NCBI GenBank assembly: GCA_964653575.1
Contig: CAZZFP010000004.1
Coordinates: forward strand, 1-61,993
DNA: 61,993 bases
Reading direction: 5' to 3'
From: an uncultured Lachnospiraceae bacterium
GTDB taxonomy: Bacteria; Bacillota; Clostridia; Oscillospirales; CAG-272
A program made the translations under genes and the position numbers. Of this stretch, positions 1 to 11,519 are shown piece after piece; within the stretch, counting starts at the first letter, position 1, and each line of letters opens with the position of its first letter. The notes under the pieces were generated by a model that did not search any database, was not told the origin of the DNA, and worked only from the letters and a program-made list of their open reading frames with translations.

Positions 1-469
1 GCTCACCGACCGCAATCGTCTGTGTCAGCTTTTCGTCTTTGTACGGCTTGCGGATCTCGATCAAATTCAGAACAGTATACCCACGCTTCCGCAAAAATTC
101 GATCATACGGTGATTATTTGGGTGAACATAGTTGTAAACGGTATCATCCCCATAAGAAGCGGCAATTTTCTCTGCTTTGTTGTGCAGAGCGGTAGCAACA
201 CCGTGACGGCGGTATTTCTCTTTAACAAAGATGGATTCCACCCACACAACTTCATTATCAATACGGCAAACCACATAGCCTGCGTATTCGCCATCCACAA
301 GTGCGGCATACACGGGAAACTCGGCAGAAAGATATTCTTCCATTTCCTCACGTCCGGCTTCAATGTTAGGCTTGGACATAATGCCCTTATATGAAAGCAA
401 CTCTACTCGAAAGAGCGCAACCATTTCGGAAAGTGCGTCATTTACCTGCGTAACTTTAATTATATTCAT
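1..469 (-). CDS. GNAT family N-acetyltransferase (3' end runs off the window; absent from the ORF track)
   Basis: ATG at 469 after AGGAG. Open frame MNIIKVTQVNDALSEM...VWVESIFVKEKYRRHGVATAL...NYVHPNNHRMIEFLRKRGY to the window edge. It has GNAT motif A (V..KYRRHGVA) and a motif-B-like N..M..F..K.GY. Confidence 0.85.
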   Translation of the reverse strand, partial: MNIIKVTQVNDALSEMVALFRVELLSYKGIMSKPNIEAGREEMEEYLSAEFPVYAALVDGEYAGYVVCRIDNEVVWVESIFVKEKYRRHGVATALHNKAEKIAASYGDDTVYNYVHPNNHRMIEFLRKRGYTVLNLIEIRKPYKDEKLTQTIAVGE

Positions 470-514
470 AAATTTCTCCTCAAATGTACAAAATTTTCAA
501 AACTTAAAAACAGC

Positions 515-679
515 ACGGCGAAGCCGTAAAGGCTTGCCTTGCAAATCTTTCTGCCTATATTAAACCATAAGTAAAAATGCTTGCTTGCAAGGGCATTTTT
601 ACGCAGCCGTCAATTGCGCAGAGCGCACGAGGTGCGCGAAGGGCGAAGCCCGCAAAGTTGCAAAGCAACTTACTGCGTA
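515..679. repeat. Cluster of short perfect hairpins with triloops (REP-like/structured intergenic element)
   Basis: ACGGC-GAA-GCCGT 515-527; GTAAAAATGC/GCATTTTTAC 571-602; GCGCAC-GAG-GTGCGC 623-637; GGGC-GAA-GCCC 641-651; AAGTTGC-AAA-GCAACTT 655-671; closing stem TACGCAG 600-606 / CTGCGTA 673-679. Confidence 0.7.
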
Positions 680-680
680 T

Positions 681-709
681 ATTATACCATAAAGCGTATT
701 GCTTTTCAA
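681..709 (-). promoter_or_regulatory. sigmaA-type promoter for the GNAT gene
   Basis: Minus strand TTGAAA-N17-TATAAT with an extended -10 TG. Confidence 0.6.
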
Positions 710-751
710 TATGAAACAAAATTCAAATACGCAAAAAAATTCAAAAATATT

Positions 752-780
752 TTGACATAGAGGACTTTATGTGATATAAT
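752..780 (+). promoter_or_regulatory. sigmaA promoter for dat
   Basis: Perfect TTGACA-N17-TATAAT with TG extension. Confidence 0.8.
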
Positions 781-818
781 ACCGAAATAGAAATATATTT
801 TTTATCAAGGAGACGATT

Positions 819-1673
819 ATGCTTTACTCATACGATACTCTCGGATATTACAACGGAAAATACGATGAAATAGAAAAAATGTCGATACCGATGAACGACC
901 GCGTTTGCTGGTTCGGCGATGCTGTCTACGACGTTACGTATTGTCACAATTACAACATTTATAACTTAAAAGAGCATATGGACAGATTTTTCGCAAGTGC
1001 GGCAAAGCTGAATATAGTTATTCCGAACACTTACGAAGAAATGTGCGATCTGCTTGTCGATACCGTTAAGAAGCTTAAGAGCGGAGATCAGATGATATAT
1101 TGGCAGGTCAGCCGCGGCACGGCGTCGAGAAATCACGTTTATGACAAAAATATCAAAGGAAATATCTGGATAATGCTCCGACCTATCCCGGTCAAGGATA
1201 CATATGCTCCGATAAAGGCAATAACGGTAGAAGATACGAGATTTTTTCATTGTGACATCAAGACTGTAAACCTCATTCCCAATGTGCTCGCATCTCAAAA
1301 AGCACAAGAGCTTGAAGCGGAAGAAGCAATATTCCACAGAGGCAATACGGTCACCGAGTGCGCTCATTCAAACGTCAGCATACTTAAGGACGGAGTCTTT
1401 ATAACGCATCCTACCGATGAGTATATATTGGCGGGCATAGCTCGTTCAAATCTTATAAAATTCTGCAAGCAGCTCGGCATAGCCGTAGAGGAGAGAGCCT
1501 TTACAGTTGAGGAACTGTTCGCGGCAGATGAGGTTATAGTTTCAAGCTCGGGATCTTTCTGCATTCCCGTTTCCCATATAGACGGCAAATGCGTCGGAGG
1601 AAAGGATCATTACAATCTCAAACGTTTGCAGGATACCGCGGTCAAGGATTTTCTTTTCGCTACCGAAAAATAA
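819..1673 (+). CDS. dat: D-amino acid aminotransferase (class IV PLP enzyme)
   Basis: DR..FGDAVY, QVSRG...RNH, CDIKTVNL (PLP lysine), TECAHSN, ILAGIAR; RBS AAGGAG. Confidence 0.8.
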   Translation: MLYSYDTLGYYNGKYDEIEKMSIPMNDRVCWFGDAVYDVTYCHNYNIYNLKEHMDRFFASAAKLNIVIPNTYEEMCDLLVDTVKKLKSGDQMIYWQVSRGTASRNHVYDKNIKGNIWIMLRPIPVKDTYAPIKAITVEDTRFFHCDIKTVNLIPNVLASQKAQELEAEEAIFHRGNTVTECAHSNVSILKDGVFITHPTDEYILAGIARSNLIKFCKQLGIAVEERAFTVEELFAADEVIVSSSGSFCIPVSHIDGKCVGGKDHYNLKRLQDTAVKDFLFATEK

Positions 1674-1692
1674 ATCAAATAATAAAATGCTT

Positions 1693-1717
1693 GGGGCTGT
1701 TTCATCGAGACAGCCCC
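1693..1717 (+). terminator. Palindromic terminator, GGGGCTGT...GACAGCCCC family
   Basis: GGGGCTGTTTC-ATC-GAGACAGCCCC followed by GTTT, just after the dat stop. Confidence 0.7.
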
Positions 1718-1819
1718 GTTTGCTTCCAATAAGGAACCGAAATGCAAATCAAAAAATATCATCAAATGCAAAAATGGCAAATATTTTTCCGAAAACGGAA
1801 AAATATTTCGCGAAAGCTA

Positions 1820-1847
1820 TTGACAATTGCGAAAATATGAGTATAAT
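1820..1847 (+). promoter_or_regulatory. sigmaA promoter for recA
   Basis: TTGACA-N16-TATAAT. Confidence 0.6.
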
Positions 1848-1906
1848 TATAATCGGTTAGCTTGACATTGTCTTTTTAATAGTACATAAACGGAAGGAAG
1901 AACGAT

Positions 1907-3025
1907 ATGGCAAAACAGACTAAGAAAAATTTGGTGGTTCCCGCGGCAAATCTCGAAAAGGCGGATAAGGAAAAGGCATTAAGCACGGCGCTTTCCCAGA
2001 TAGAAAAGGACTTCGGAAAGGGTACCGTTATGAAGCTCGGCGAAAACTCGCGAATGGAAGTGAGCGCAGTCAGCACGGGTTCGCTTGCACTTGATCTGGC
2101 TCTCGGTATAGGAGGCGTTCCTCGCGGAAGGATCACCGAGATATTCGGCCCCGAATCATCCGGTAAGACTACCGTCGCGCTTCACATAATTGCAGAGGTG
2201 CAGAAAAAGGGTGGCAAGGCAGTGTTTATCGATGCGGAGCACGCGCTTGACCCCGTCTATGCAAAGGCGCTTGGCGTTGACGTGGATGAACTGCTCGTCT
2301 CACAGCCGGATTGCGGAGAGGATGCTCTCGACATTACGGAGCAACTTGTCAGATCGGGCGCGGTTGACGTCGTTGTTGTAGACTCGGTTGCCGCTCTTGT
2401 TCCGAGACAGGAGATCGAGGGCGATATGGGTGCTTCAATGGTCGGAGTTCAGGCAAGACTTATGTCGCAGGCTATGAGAAAGCTTTCCGCCGTTATAGCC
2501 AAGAGCAACAGTATCGTTATATTCATAAATCAGCTTCGTGAGAAGGTTGGCGTTATGTACGGCAACCCCGAGACAACGACAGGTGGACGTGCACTTAAAT
2601 TCTATTCTTCCGTACGTATAGATGTGCGCAAGACGGATCAGCTCAAAAACGGTACAAATATTTACGGTAATCACGTTAAATGCAAGATAGTTAAGAACAA
2701 AGTTGCGCCCCCGTTCAAGGTAGCTGAGATGGATATTCTTTACGGCAAGGGAATATCGAGAGTCAGTGAGATCATAGATTTCGGCGTAATGTTCGATATT
2801 GTCAATAAGAGCGGCGCATGGTTTGCTTATAACGGTGAGCGTCTCGGTCAGGGTAAAGATAATGCGCGTGCATTTCTTGAGGCAAATCCCGAGCTTGCTG
2901 CCGAGATAGAGGAAAAGATACGTATAGCTATGCAGAATAAGACCGTTGAAGCAAATGATGAGTTCGATGTTGATGATGACGATGAGTTTGATATTTCAAC
3001 ACTCAGAGTTGATGACGACGAATAA
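1907..3025 (+). CDS. recA: Recombinase RecA
   Basis: GPESSGKTT Walker [34 protein letters not shown]; acidic C-tail. Confidence 0.99.
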   Translation: MAKQTKKNLVVPAANLEKADKEKALSTALSQIEKDFGKGTVMKLGENSRMEVSAVSTGSLALDLALGIGGVPRGRITEIFGPESSGKTTVALHIIAEVQKKGGKAVFIDAEHALDPVYAKALGVDVDELLVSQPDCGEDALDITEQLVRSGAVDVVVVDSVAALVPRQEIEGDMGASMVGVQARLMSQAMRKLSAVIAKSNSIVIFINQLREKVGVMYGNPETTTGGRALKFYSSVRIDVRKTDQLKNGTNIYGNHVKCKIVKNKVAPPFKVAEMDILYGKGISRVSEIIDFGVMFDIVNKSGAWFAYNGERLGQGKDNARAFLEANPELAAEIEEKIRIAMQNKTVEANDEFDVDDDDEFDISTLRVDDDE

Positions 3026-3099
3026 GCCGTCGAGAATGCTTTGCTGTCTTTGAGGTTCTTTCAAATTTTTCGGTTTGAAAGAGAAGGGATGATATTTTT

Positions 3100-3756
3100 T
3101 TGAAAATTAAGATAAAATCGGTAAACAATGCGCCCGTGGCTATTGTAAGGCTTCAGATATGTCGTGAGTTGGGCGATCGCGGTGCGAGTGAGACAGAAAC
3201 CGAGAATAAGCTTTTTACTTTCTTTAAAGAGCTCGTTGATGCTTTGCCGCTTGAAAACAGCGAAATCGACGAAGACGAATATTGCGAGCTTGAAACCGCG
3301 GCGGAGGTCACTTCGGCTGTCAAAAAAGGGCTTACGGTGCTTTCCTTCGGTTCAAATTCCGAGGCTATGCTGGTGTTGAAGCTGCGCCGCCGCGGTGTAA
3401 AACGCGAGTATGCCGAACAGGCGGCGGCTTATCTGAAAAAGCACGGGTATATCAATGAGAACGGGGATGCAGAGCGAGAGGTCGAGAGATGCCTGCGAAA
3501 GCATTGGGGGCTTATCAGGATACTTGCGCATCTTAAGAGTAAAGGCTACGACGATCAGATCGTGACTGTCGCCGAGGAGATGCTCTCAAATGAGGATTTT
3601 TCCGCACATTGTGCAAAGCTGATATCTCTCAATTATTCTGAGCTTCCCACAGATGTTAAAGAAAAACGCAAGATGATATCCTCGCTCGTGCGTTACGGGT
3701 ACACTATGTCCGAGATCGAAAATGCAATAGACCTTGTTAAACGAGATGCGGTATAG
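3100..3756 (+). CDS. recX: Regulatory protein RecX
   Basis: Directly after recA. Helical repeats KLRRRG, LKKHGYINE, WG..RI.AHLKSKG, LVRYGY. Start codon uncertain (TTG). Confidence 0.85.
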   Translation: MKIKIKSVNNAPVAIVRLQICRELGDRGASETETENKLFTFFKELVDALPLENSEIDEDEYCELETAAEVTSAVKKGLTVLSFGSNSEAMLVLKLRRRGVKREYAEQAAAYLKKHGYINENGDAEREVERCLRKHWGLIRILAHLKSKGYDDQIVTVAEEMLSNEDFSAHCAKLISLNYSELPTDVKEKRKMISSLVRYGYTMSEIENAIDLVKRDAV

Positions 3757-3804
3757 CTTTTTACGTGTAGTCTCGGTCTGACCGCATATGAGATTTTAAT
3801 AAGA

Positions 3805-3835
3805 GGGGCTGTCTCAGTGCGACAGCCCGTTTTTT
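3805..3835 (+). terminator. Palindromic terminator, same family
   Basis: GGGGCTGTCTCAGTGCGACAGCCC then GTTTTTT. Confidence 0.75.
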
Positions 3836-3875
3836 GAAAATTATCAAATGTTTTGAATTTGGAATATATCTGCTA

Positions 3876-3904
3876 TTTACAATAAAAAATATTTGTGATA
3901 AAAT
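3876..3904 (+). promoter_or_regulatory. sigmaA promoter for uvrBA
   Basis: TTTACA-N17-TAAAAT with TG extension. Confidence 0.55.
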
Positions 3905-3944
3905 ATAAGATATTCGGGTTTGGAGATCATTATGGGGGAGTTCT

Positions 3945-5951
3945 ATGGAGTACAACAAATTTAAGTTAGTAAGTGAATATAAGCCTACGGGAGATCAACC
4001 GCAGGCGATAAAGACGCTGACGGACGGGATACTCGGCGGAGAAAGGATGCAGACCCTACTCGGCGTAACGGGCTCCGGAAAAACCTTTACGATGGCGAAC
4101 GTGATCGCCAATATCAATCGTCCGGTTATCATTCTTGAACCGAATAAGACTCTTGCGGCTCAGGTCTGCTCGGAAATGCGGACATTCTTTCCCGAAAACG
4201 CGGTCGAATATTTTGTTTCTTATTACGATTACTATCAGCCGGAGGCATATATCCCGGGCAAGGATATGTATATCGAAAAGGATGCTCTGATAAATGACGA
4301 GATAGATATGCTGAGACATAGCGCAACGTCGGCACTTTTCGAGAGACGTGACGTTATTATAGTTGCAAGCGTATCCTGCATATATTCGCTTGGTGATCCC
4401 GAGGAATATTCAAAGCTTGTGCTTGCGGTACGCCCGGGAATGGATATGAGCAGAGAAGAACTGATCAGACGCTTGGTCAATATAAGTTATGAACGAAATG
4501 ATATAGCGCTTGAAAGAGACAGATTTAGGGTAAAGGGAGACACGGTGGATATACTTCCTGCCGCAAGCAAGGATAAGGCGATAAGAGTGGAGTTTTTCGG
4601 CGACGAGATCGACCGTGTGACGGAAATCGACATAGTTACGGGCGAGGTGATTCGCCGTCTTGCCTATGCTGCCATCTACCCGGCAACCCACTATGCGGTC
4701 TCCGATGACAAACGGGAAGCGGCAATATCGGAAATATTCCGCGAAATGACCGAAAGGGCAGAGTTTTTCAGGTCCCAAGGTAAGCTTATAGAGGCACAAC
4801 GTATAGAGGAAAGGACAAAATATGATATCGAGATGCTTCGCGAGGTCGGATTTTGCTCGGGAGTAGAGAACTATTCAAGAGTGCTTTCGGGACGTCCCGT
4901 CGGCTCAACCCCCTATACTTTACTTGATTATTATCCCGACGATTATGTTATGTTTATTGACGAGTCGCATGTCACGGTTCCGCAGGTAAGGGGAATGAGC
5001 GGCGGCGATAAGGCAAGAAAGACAAATCTTGTTGAGTACGGATTCAGACTGCCGTCTGCTTTTGACAATCGTCCGCTCTTTTTCGACGAATTTGTGAGCA
5101 AACTCAATCAAACGGTGTTTGTAAGCGCTACTCCGGGGGAATATGAGCGAGAAAACTCGGAGAATATAGTGGAGCAGCTAATAAGACCCACAGGACTTGT
5201 CGATCCCGAGGTCGAAGTGCGCCCGATCGAAGGACAGGTAGACGATCTAATCGGAGAGATACGCGCACGCGCCGCAAAGAATGAAAGAGTGCTCGTGACA
5301 ACACTTACCCGAAAAATGGCTGAGGATCTCACAGAATACTTTGAAAAGAACTCGATAAAGGTAAAGTATATACATTTCAATGTCGATACTATCGAAAGAA
5401 TGGAAATAATAAGAGATCTGCGGCTCGGCGTATTCGACGTGCTTGTCGGAATAAATCTTCTTCGCGAGGGACTTGATATACCTGAGGTATCACTTGTTGC
5501 GATACTTGACGCCGATAAAGAAGGATTTTTGCGCGGTGAAACATCACTTATACAGACGATAGGACGTGCGGCGCGAAACGAAAACGGAAAGGTAATTATG
5601 TATGCCGACAGCATTACCCGATCGATGGATCGCGCTATCAAAGAGACCGAGCGCCGACGCAAAATGCAGCTTGATTATAACGAGAAAAATGGTATAATAC
5701 CACATACCGTAGTTAAGGGCATAAGCGACCTTATAGAGATAGGTATGACGGATAAGAGTGATAACGCCAAGAGCGGGAAGGCTGTCAGATCAAAGACGAG
5801 CTCAAAGAAGCTTTCAAAGGCGGAAAAAGAAAAGCTTATAGAACAGCTTTCGTCGGAGATGCGCGAGGCGGCAAGACATCTTGAATTTGAAAGAGCGGCG
5901 TTCTTGCGCGATAAGATACACGCATTGAAAGAAGAAAAACGACACTTGTAA
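3945..5951 (+). CDS. uvrB: Excinuclease ABC subunit B
   Basis: [45 protein letters not shown]-terminal UVR domain FERAA.LRD. Confidence 0.99.
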   Translation: MEYNKFKLVSEYKPTGDQPQAIKTLTDGILGGERMQTLLGVTGSGKTFTMANVIANINRPVIILEPNKTLAAQVCSEMRTFFPENAVEYFVSYYDYYQPEAYIPGKDMYIEKDALINDEIDMLRHSATSALFERRDVIIVASVSCIYSLGDPEEYSKLVLAVRPGMDMSREELIRRLVNISYERNDIALERDRFRVKGDTVDILPAASKDKAIRVEFFGDEIDRVTEIDIVTGEVIRRLAYAAIYPATHYAVSDDKREAAISEIFREMTERAEFFRSQGKLIEAQRIEERTKYDIEMLREVGFCSGVENYSRVLSGRPVGSTPYTLLDYYPDDYVMFIDESHVTVPQVRGMSGGDKARKTNLVEYGFRLPSAFDNRPLFFDEFVSKLNQTVFVSATPGEYERENSENIVEQLIRPTGLVDPEVEVRPIEGQVDDLIGEIRARAAKNERVLVTTLTRKMAEDLTEYFEKNSIKVKYIHFNVDTIERMEIIRDLRLGVFDVLVGINLLREGLDIPEVSLVAILDADKEGFLRGETSLIQTIGRAARNENGKVIMYADSITRSMDRAIKETERRRKMQLDYNEKNGIIPHTVVKGISDLIEIGMTDKSDNAKSGKAVRSKTSSKKLSKAEKEKLIEQLSSEMREAARHLEFERAAFLRDKIHALKEEKRHL

Positions 5952-6004
5952 AAATAAATTCAAACGTAATGTTTTAAATCATTGATTTATAAAAAGGAAA
6001 CGCT

Positions 6005-8836
6005 ATGCAAAAATATCTGACCGTAAAAGGTGCAAGAGTTAATAATTTAAAAAATATAGACGTAAGTATTCCGAGGGACAAGCTTGTGGTATTCTCGGGA
6101 CTCTCGGGCTCCGGAAAATCCTCGCTGGCTTTCGATACGATATACGCCGAAGGGCACAGGCGATTTGTTGAGTCTCTGTCCTCGTACGCCAGGATGTTCA
6201 TCGGACAAATAGATAAGCCGGATGTCGATTCGATAGAGGGGCTCTCTCCCGCCATTTCCATAGATCAGAAGACCACATCGAAAAATCCGCGTTCGACCGT
6301 CGGTACGGTGACCGAGATATACGATTATCTTCGTTTGCTTTATGCCCGTGTGGGAATACCGCACTGTCCTGTCTGCGGCAAGGAGATACGCCAGCAGACT
6401 GTCGATCAGATAATCGAGCGCATACTGATGCTCCCCGAAGGAACTCGATTTATGGTCGTGGCGCCGATAGTCAGAGCGCAGAAGGGTATGCACGAAAAGG
6501 TGCTTGCCGATGCCAAAAAAAGCGGCTACGTCCGAGTCAGAATAGATGGTAACCTTTACGACCTTTCCGAAGAGATCAAGCTTGATAAAAACAAAAAGCA
6601 TACTATCGAGGTCGTAATAGACCGACTCGTTATGAGAGATGATGTAAGATCAAGGCTTTCGGACTCGATCGAGACGGCACTTTCGCTTGCGGACGGACAT
6701 CTTCTTATAGTCACGGTTCCGAGAGACGGCGGCGAGGCGGAAGAGCTTGAATTTTCACAGTCTTATGCCTGTGAGGAACATAATATTTCTTTCGGTGAGC
6801 TGGAACCGAGAATGTTCTCGTTTAATAATCCCGTCGGCGCGTGTCCGGAATGTGCAGGTATAGGTGATCTTCAAAGGGTGTCCATACCAAAAATAATGCC
6901 CGATCTTTCGCTTTCGCTCTCCGAGGGCGCGATAGCGGTAAACGGATTTAAAACACTTGAGACCGAGAGCTGGAACGGTCCGCTGTTTGCCGCCGTGGGC
7001 GAAAAGCACGGCTTTGATCTCCATACTCCGATTGAGAACTTTTCCGAGCACGCGATGAATGTGCTTCTGTACGGTTCGGGAGATGATACTTACACGGTAT
7101 ACAGATATTTCGGCGGTCAGGGCAAGGAGCAGACAACAAAATTTGACGGCGTTGTAAAGATGATAGATGATAGGATACGTGCCGGCTTCAATTCTGAGTA
7201 TTATGAGCAGTTTGTAGAGGATGCACCGTGTCCGAAGTGTAAGGGAAGGCGTCTTTCGGATATAGTTCTTGCGGTTACGGTAGGCGGCAAAAACATTCAT
7301 GAATTTTGTGAGATGAACGTTGAAAAGGCACTTGATTTTATCAATACCCTTAAGCTTACGGAAACCGAGGCGCTCATTTCGCACGACGTTATAAAAGAAA
7401 TAAGATCAAGACTCAATTTTCTTATGAGCGTTGGACTCGATTATCTTACGCTGACGAGAAAGGCGGGAACGCTTTCCGGGGGCGAGGCTCAAAGGATCAG
7501 ACTTGCAACACAGATAGGCTCATCTTTGATGGGGGTGCTCTATATCCTTGACGAGCCGAGCATCGGACTGCATCAAAGGGACAATTCCAAGCTTATAGCC
7601 ACTCTTAAACGCCTGCGTGACCTCGGAAATACCGTGATAGTGGTAGAACACGATGAGGAGACTATGCTGGCTTCCGATTATATAGTGGATATCGGACCGG
7701 GCGCGGGAATACACGGCGGAAATGTGGTCGCCTGCGGAACCCCGCAAGAAATATGCAACAATATGAATTCCATAACAGGTGCGTATCTGTCCGGGAGAAA
7801 GAAGATCGAGGTGCCCAAAACGCGAAGAGCCGGAAACGGAGCTTTTCTTGAGATACACGGAGCTTGCGAGCATAACCTGAAGAATATAGATGTAAAGATA
7901 CCGCTCGGTTGTTTTGTATGCGTGACGGGTGTGTCGGGATCGGGAAAATCATCTCTTGTCAACGGAATCATCTATCCCGTGCTCGCATCCGAGCTTAACC
8001 GTGCAAGAACATATCCCGGAAAACATTCGGCTATAAGCGGCGTAGATTCTCTCGATAAGGTCATCGCTATCGATCAAAGTCCGATAGGCAGAACTCCGCG
8101 TTCCAATCCCGCGACATACACGGGTGTATTTTCCGAGATACGCGAGCTTTTTGCCAAAACAAGAGAGGCTGTTGCGAGGGGATATAAATCGGGACGATTT
8201 TCCTTTAATATAAAAGGAGGACGTTGCGAGGCGTGCGAGGGAGACGGCGTAAAGCGCATTGAGATGCACTTTTTGCCGGATGTGTATGTCACTTGCGACG
8301 TTTGCAAGGGTAAACGATACAATAAGGATACGCTTGAAGTGAAATACAAAGGCAAGAATATCTTTGAGGTACTTGATATGACCGTGGAGGAGGGAATATC
8401 CTTCTTTGACGGTATTCCGAATATTCAACGAAAGCTCCAAACACTTTATGACGTCGGACTCGGCTACATTAAGATCGGTCAGTCTTCGACTACGCTTTCG
8501 GGCGGAGAGGCACAACGAGTAAAGCTTGCGACGGAGCTGTCGAAGCGGGGAACGGGCAAAACAATATATATACTTGACGAACCGACAACGGGGCTCCACA
8601 CCGATGACGTATCGAAGCTGATAGACGTTCTGCAACGTTTGTGCGACGCAGGAAATTCCATTATAGTAATAGAGCATAATCTCGATGTTATAAAGACGGC
8701 AGATCATATCATAGATCTCGGACCGGAGGGCGGCGATAAGGGCGGAACAATAGTTGCACAGGGAACACCCGAGCAAGTTGCACAGGTTGAGGGATCGTAT
8801 ACGGGAATGTATCTTAAACCGCTTTTGAATAAATAA
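6005..8836 (+). CDS. uvrA: Excinuclease ABC subunit A
   Basis: Two ABC domains ([26 protein letters not shown] twice) and CxxC zinc modules. Confidence 0.99.
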   Translation: MQKYLTVKGARVNNLKNIDVSIPRDKLVVFSGLSGSGKSSLAFDTIYAEGHRRFVESLSSYARMFIGQIDKPDVDSIEGLSPAISIDQKTTSKNPRSTVGTVTEIYDYLRLLYARVGIPHCPVCGKEIRQQTVDQIIERILMLPEGTRFMVVAPIVRAQKGMHEKVLADAKKSGYVRVRIDGNLYDLSEEIKLDKNKKHTIEVVIDRLVMRDDVRSRLSDSIETALSLADGHLLIVTVPRDGGEAEELEFSQSYACEEHNISFGELEPRMFSFNNPVGACPECAGIGDLQRVSIPKIMPDLSLSLSEGAIAVNGFKTLETESWNGPLFAAVGEKHGFDLHTPIENFSEHAMNVLLYGSGDDTYTVYRYFGGQGKEQTTKFDGVVKMIDDRIRAGFNSEYYEQFVEDAPCPKCKGRRLSDIVLAVTVGGKNIHEFCEMNVEKALDFINTLKLTETEALISHDVIKEIRSRLNFLMSVGLDYLTLTRKAGTLSGGEAQRIRLATQIGSSLMGVLYILDEPSIGLHQRDNSKLIATLKRLRDLGNTVIVVEHDEETMLASDYIVDIGPGAGIHGGNVVACGTPQEICNNMNSITGAYLSGRKKIEVPKTRRAGNGAFLEIHGACEHNLKNIDVKIPLGCFVCVTGVSGSGKSSLVNGIIYPVLASELNRARTYPGKHSAISGVDSLDKVIAIDQSPIGRTPRSNPATYTGVFSEIRELFAKTREAVARGYKSGRFSFNIKGGRCEACEGDGVKRIEMHFLPDVYVTCDVCKGKRYNKDTLEVKYKGKNIFEVLDMTVEEGISFFDGIPNIQRKLQTLYDVGLGYIKIGQSSTTLSGGEAQRVKLATELSKRGTGKTIYILDEPTTGLHTDDVSKLIDVLQRLCDAGNSIIVIEHNLDVIKTADHIIDLGPEGGDKGGTIVAQGTPEQVAQVEGSYTGMYLKPLLNK

Positions 8837-8952
8837 TTGCATATATACATCAAATATGCAGCTTCGGAACGGCGATCTTGACACAAAATATACAAAACAA
8901 GCGCTTGACTGCCATATTATATTGGCAAAACATACATTTTTACGCAAAACGA

Positions 8953-9003
8953 TGAAAAAATATTCAAAAAGTACTTGACAAATGAATATTTATGCAGTAT
9001 AAT
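8953..9003 (+). promoter_or_regulatory. sigmaA promoter with two ARG-box (ArgR/AhrC) operators
   Basis: TTGACA 8975-8980, N17, TATAAT 8998-9003. TGAAA-AAAT-ATTCA 8953-8966 and TGAAT-ATTT-ATGCA 8983-8996 match the TGAAT-N4-ATTCA consensus. Confidence 0.7.
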
Positions 9004-9050
9004 ACGTGCATAACAACAAACTTACAATTCATTTTCAAGGAGATACTACA

Positions 9051-9905
9051 ATGAAAAAAATTCTTTCTTTAACTTTGGTTGCTATTATGATGCTTTCCTC
9101 GCTCGTTATGTTTGCTTCCTGCGGCGAAAGTCAAGGAGTAAAGCTTGTCGATATTAAGCTCACGGATGAGGAATATGCTTACGTTTGCAAAAAAGGAAAC
9201 ACAGAGCTTGTCGAAAGCTTCAATTCATTCCTTGCCGAGATCAAGGACAACGGAAAATTTGACGAATATGTTGCAAAATATTTTGAGGGCAAGGGAACCA
9301 AGGTCGGTTACGATGTGACCACCACCGATGTTTCCAACGACGATACCAACCTCGTTGTCGCTACAAACTGCCCCTTTGAGCCTTTTGAATATATTGGCGA
9401 TGACGGTAAGATCTACGGTCTTGACATCGAGATCGCGGCAGCCTATGCCGAAAAGCACAATCTTACACTTGTTGTGAAAAACATCGGCTTTGACGACATA
9501 TTCACGCAGGTCGAGGCAGGATATGCCGATATCGGTATGGCGGGTATAACCGTAAGCGAGGATCGTGCCGCTATCTATGATTTTACAAATACCTACTATA
9601 AGGCATCGCAGAAGCTGATCGTTGCTGCCGATAATACGGACTTTGATGATTGTAAGACCGTCGAAGACGTAGAAGCTAAACTCACATCACTTTCCGGTAA
9701 GAAGATTGGTTATCAGACAGGTACGACCGGCGGTATGTATGTGAACGGTGACGAAGACTTTGGCTACGACGGCTTCTCAAATATCGAGGGTAAGGGATAC
9801 GCTACTGCACAAGAGGCACTTACCGACCTAATAAACGGCAATATTTACGCCGTTATCGTCGATGAGGCTCCCGCTACCGCGCTCGTCAAGGCGGTCAACA
9901 ACTGA
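9051..9905 (+). CDS. Polar amino-acid ABC transporter substrate-binding lipoprotein (family 3, circularly permuted)
   Basis: RBS AAGGAG, lipobox FASC, LVVATNCPFEPFEY, GLDIEIA, AGITVSEDR, KKIGYQTGTTG. Confidence 0.9.
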   Translation: MKKILSLTLVAIMMLSSLVMFASCGESQGVKLVDIKLTDEEYAYVCKKGNTELVESFNSFLAEIKDNGKFDEYVAKYFEGKGTKVGYDVTTTDVSNDDTNLVVATNCPFEPFEYIGDDGKIYGLDIEIAAAYAEKHNLTLVVKNIGFDDIFTQVEAGYADIGMAGITVSEDRAAIYDFTNTYYKASQKLIVAADNTDFDDCKTVEDVEAKLTSLSGKKIGYQTGTTGGMYVNGDEDFGYDGFSNIEGKGYATAQEALTDLINGNIYAVIVDEAPATALVKAVNN

Positions 9906-10030
9906 TAAACGTTATATGCTTTTTGCAAATTTCCCGCAGTTTTAATTGTGGGAAATTTGTGCTTATTTTAGTTAAGAAACGGCTTCCGAAACGGATGCTG
10001 AATACTAATTTAGAAAAAGGAATTTGATCT

Positions 10031-10738
10031 ATGAATTGGGGAGTTAAATGGGAAAAGTTCTTCTCTGTGATGCAGTCTGAGTATTTTCAGCAGCTGCTTT
10101 TAGATGGATTACTGAATACCGTGAAGGTCGCGGTGCTGGGACTTATCATCGGAATATTGATCGGTACTCTGATCGCCGTGGTGAAGGTCGCTCCGAAATA
10201 TAAGCTTGTAAACAGAATACTTGATAAGATATGCACCGTGTATGTGGCGATATTCAGAGGTACGCCTATGGTCGTACAACTCTTGCTTGCTTATTACGTG
10301 CTTCTTCCGACACTCGGCGTGAAGGATGTAAACTCGCTTGCCGTCGGTATCGTCGTTTTCGGAATGAACAGCGGAGCTTATGTATCTGAAATTATGCGCG
10401 GAGGTATAAACTCTGTGGATAAGGGGCAAATGGAAGCCGGCAGAGCCCTGGGACTCGGCTACGGAACTGCTATGATAAAGATCGTTATTCCCCAGGCGAT
10501 AAAAAATATATTACCTACGCTCGGAAATGAGTTTATTACTCTTACAAAGGAAACATCCGTACTGAGTTTCATCACCGTATATGACTTATACACTGCCCTG
10601 AGCACGATCGGCAGTAAGAACTATGAAAAAATGGTTCCTTACATAGTAATGGCGCTGATCTATATCGTACTTGTGCTTATTATCACACTTCTCGTTAAGC
10701 TTTTGGAAAGGGGATTTGCAAAAAGTGATAGAAATTAA
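10031..10738 (+). CDS. Polar amino-acid ABC transporter permease
   Basis: [36 protein letters not shown] (EAA loop). Confidence 0.95.
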   Translation: MNWGVKWEKFFSVMQSEYFQQLLLDGLLNTVKVAVLGLIIGILIGTLIAVVKVAPKYKLVNRILDKICTVYVAIFRGTPMVVQLLLAYYVLLPTLGVKDVNSLAVGIVVFGMNSGAYVSEIMRGGINSVDKGQMEAGRALGLGYGTAMIKIVIPQAIKNILPTLGNEFITLTKETSVLSFITVYDLYTALSTIGSKNYEKMVPYIVMALIYIVLVLIITLLVKLLERGFAKSDRN

Positions 10739-11489
10739 AGATCTTTGTAAATCATTTGACGGAAAGCAGGTGCTTTGCGGAATTACGACAACTATCGCAG
10801 ACGGCGAAAAGGTTGCGGTTATAGGGCCGTCCGGAAGCGGAAAGTCTACATTCATACGTTGTCTTAACTGCCTTGAAGATCCCGACGGCGGTGAGATCAT
10901 TTTTGAAGGTGAGAATCTTGCGGATTTTAAGGTAGATATAAATAAGCACAGAGAAAATATCGGAATGGTCTTTCAACACTTCAATTTATTTAACAATAAG
11001 ACCGTGATACAAAATATAATGATGGCTCCCGTCTATCTCGGAATAAAAAAAGCGGGTGGAGTGTTTGCCTCTTCTGCTGTAAAGAAGCAGATTAAAGCGG
11101 AAGCGTACGATAACGCTATGAAGCTTTTGAACAGAATAGAACTTGAAGATAAGGCAAATGTTTATCCGTCAACACTTTCCGGAGGTCAAAAGCAGAGAAT
11201 AGCGATAGCGCGCGCGCTTGCTATGAATCCGAAGGTGATGCTCTTTGACGAGCCGACCTCGGCACTTGATCCCGAAATGGTCGGAGAGGTGCTCGATCTT
11301 ATGAAGGATCTTGCGCATGATGGAATGACCATGGTGGTCGTTACCCACGAGATGGGATTTGCGCGCGAGGTTGCGGATAGAGTCGTGTTTATGGCAGACG
11401 GCAAGATAGTTGAGGAAGGTCCTCCACAGGACTTCTTCGGCAATCCGCAAAACGAAAGAACAAAGCAATTTTTGAAATGTATGCTCTGA
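10725..11489 (+). CDS. Polar amino-acid ABC transporter ATPase (GlnQ/ArtP type)
   Basis: [35 protein letters not shown]. Likely GTG start at 10725, overlapping the permease end. Confidence 0.95.
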   Translation: MIEIKDLCKSFDGKQVLCGITTTIADGEKVAVIGPSGSGKSTFIRCLNCLEDPDGGEIIFEGENLADFKVDINKHRENIGMVFQHFNLFNNKTVIQNIMMAPVYLGIKKAGGVFASSAVKKQIKAEAYDNAMKLLNRIELEDKANVYPSTLSGGQKQRIAIARALAMNPKVMLFDEPTSALDPEMVGEVLDLMKDLAHDGMTMVVVTHEMGFAREVADRVVFMADGKIVEEGPPQDFFGNPQNERTKQFLKCML

Positions 11490-11519
11490 CAAACAATATG
11501 AATTATAACATTTAATATA

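Noticed and set aside
103-563. ORF-track calls 103..363(-), 110..394(+) and 363..563(+)
   Set aside because: The real gene is in another minus-strand frame (469 to the window edge), with an RBS and GNAT motifs.
7949-8947. 332-aa ORF antisense to uvrA
   Set aside because: It overlaps a conserved gene almost entirely and has no protein-like motifs.
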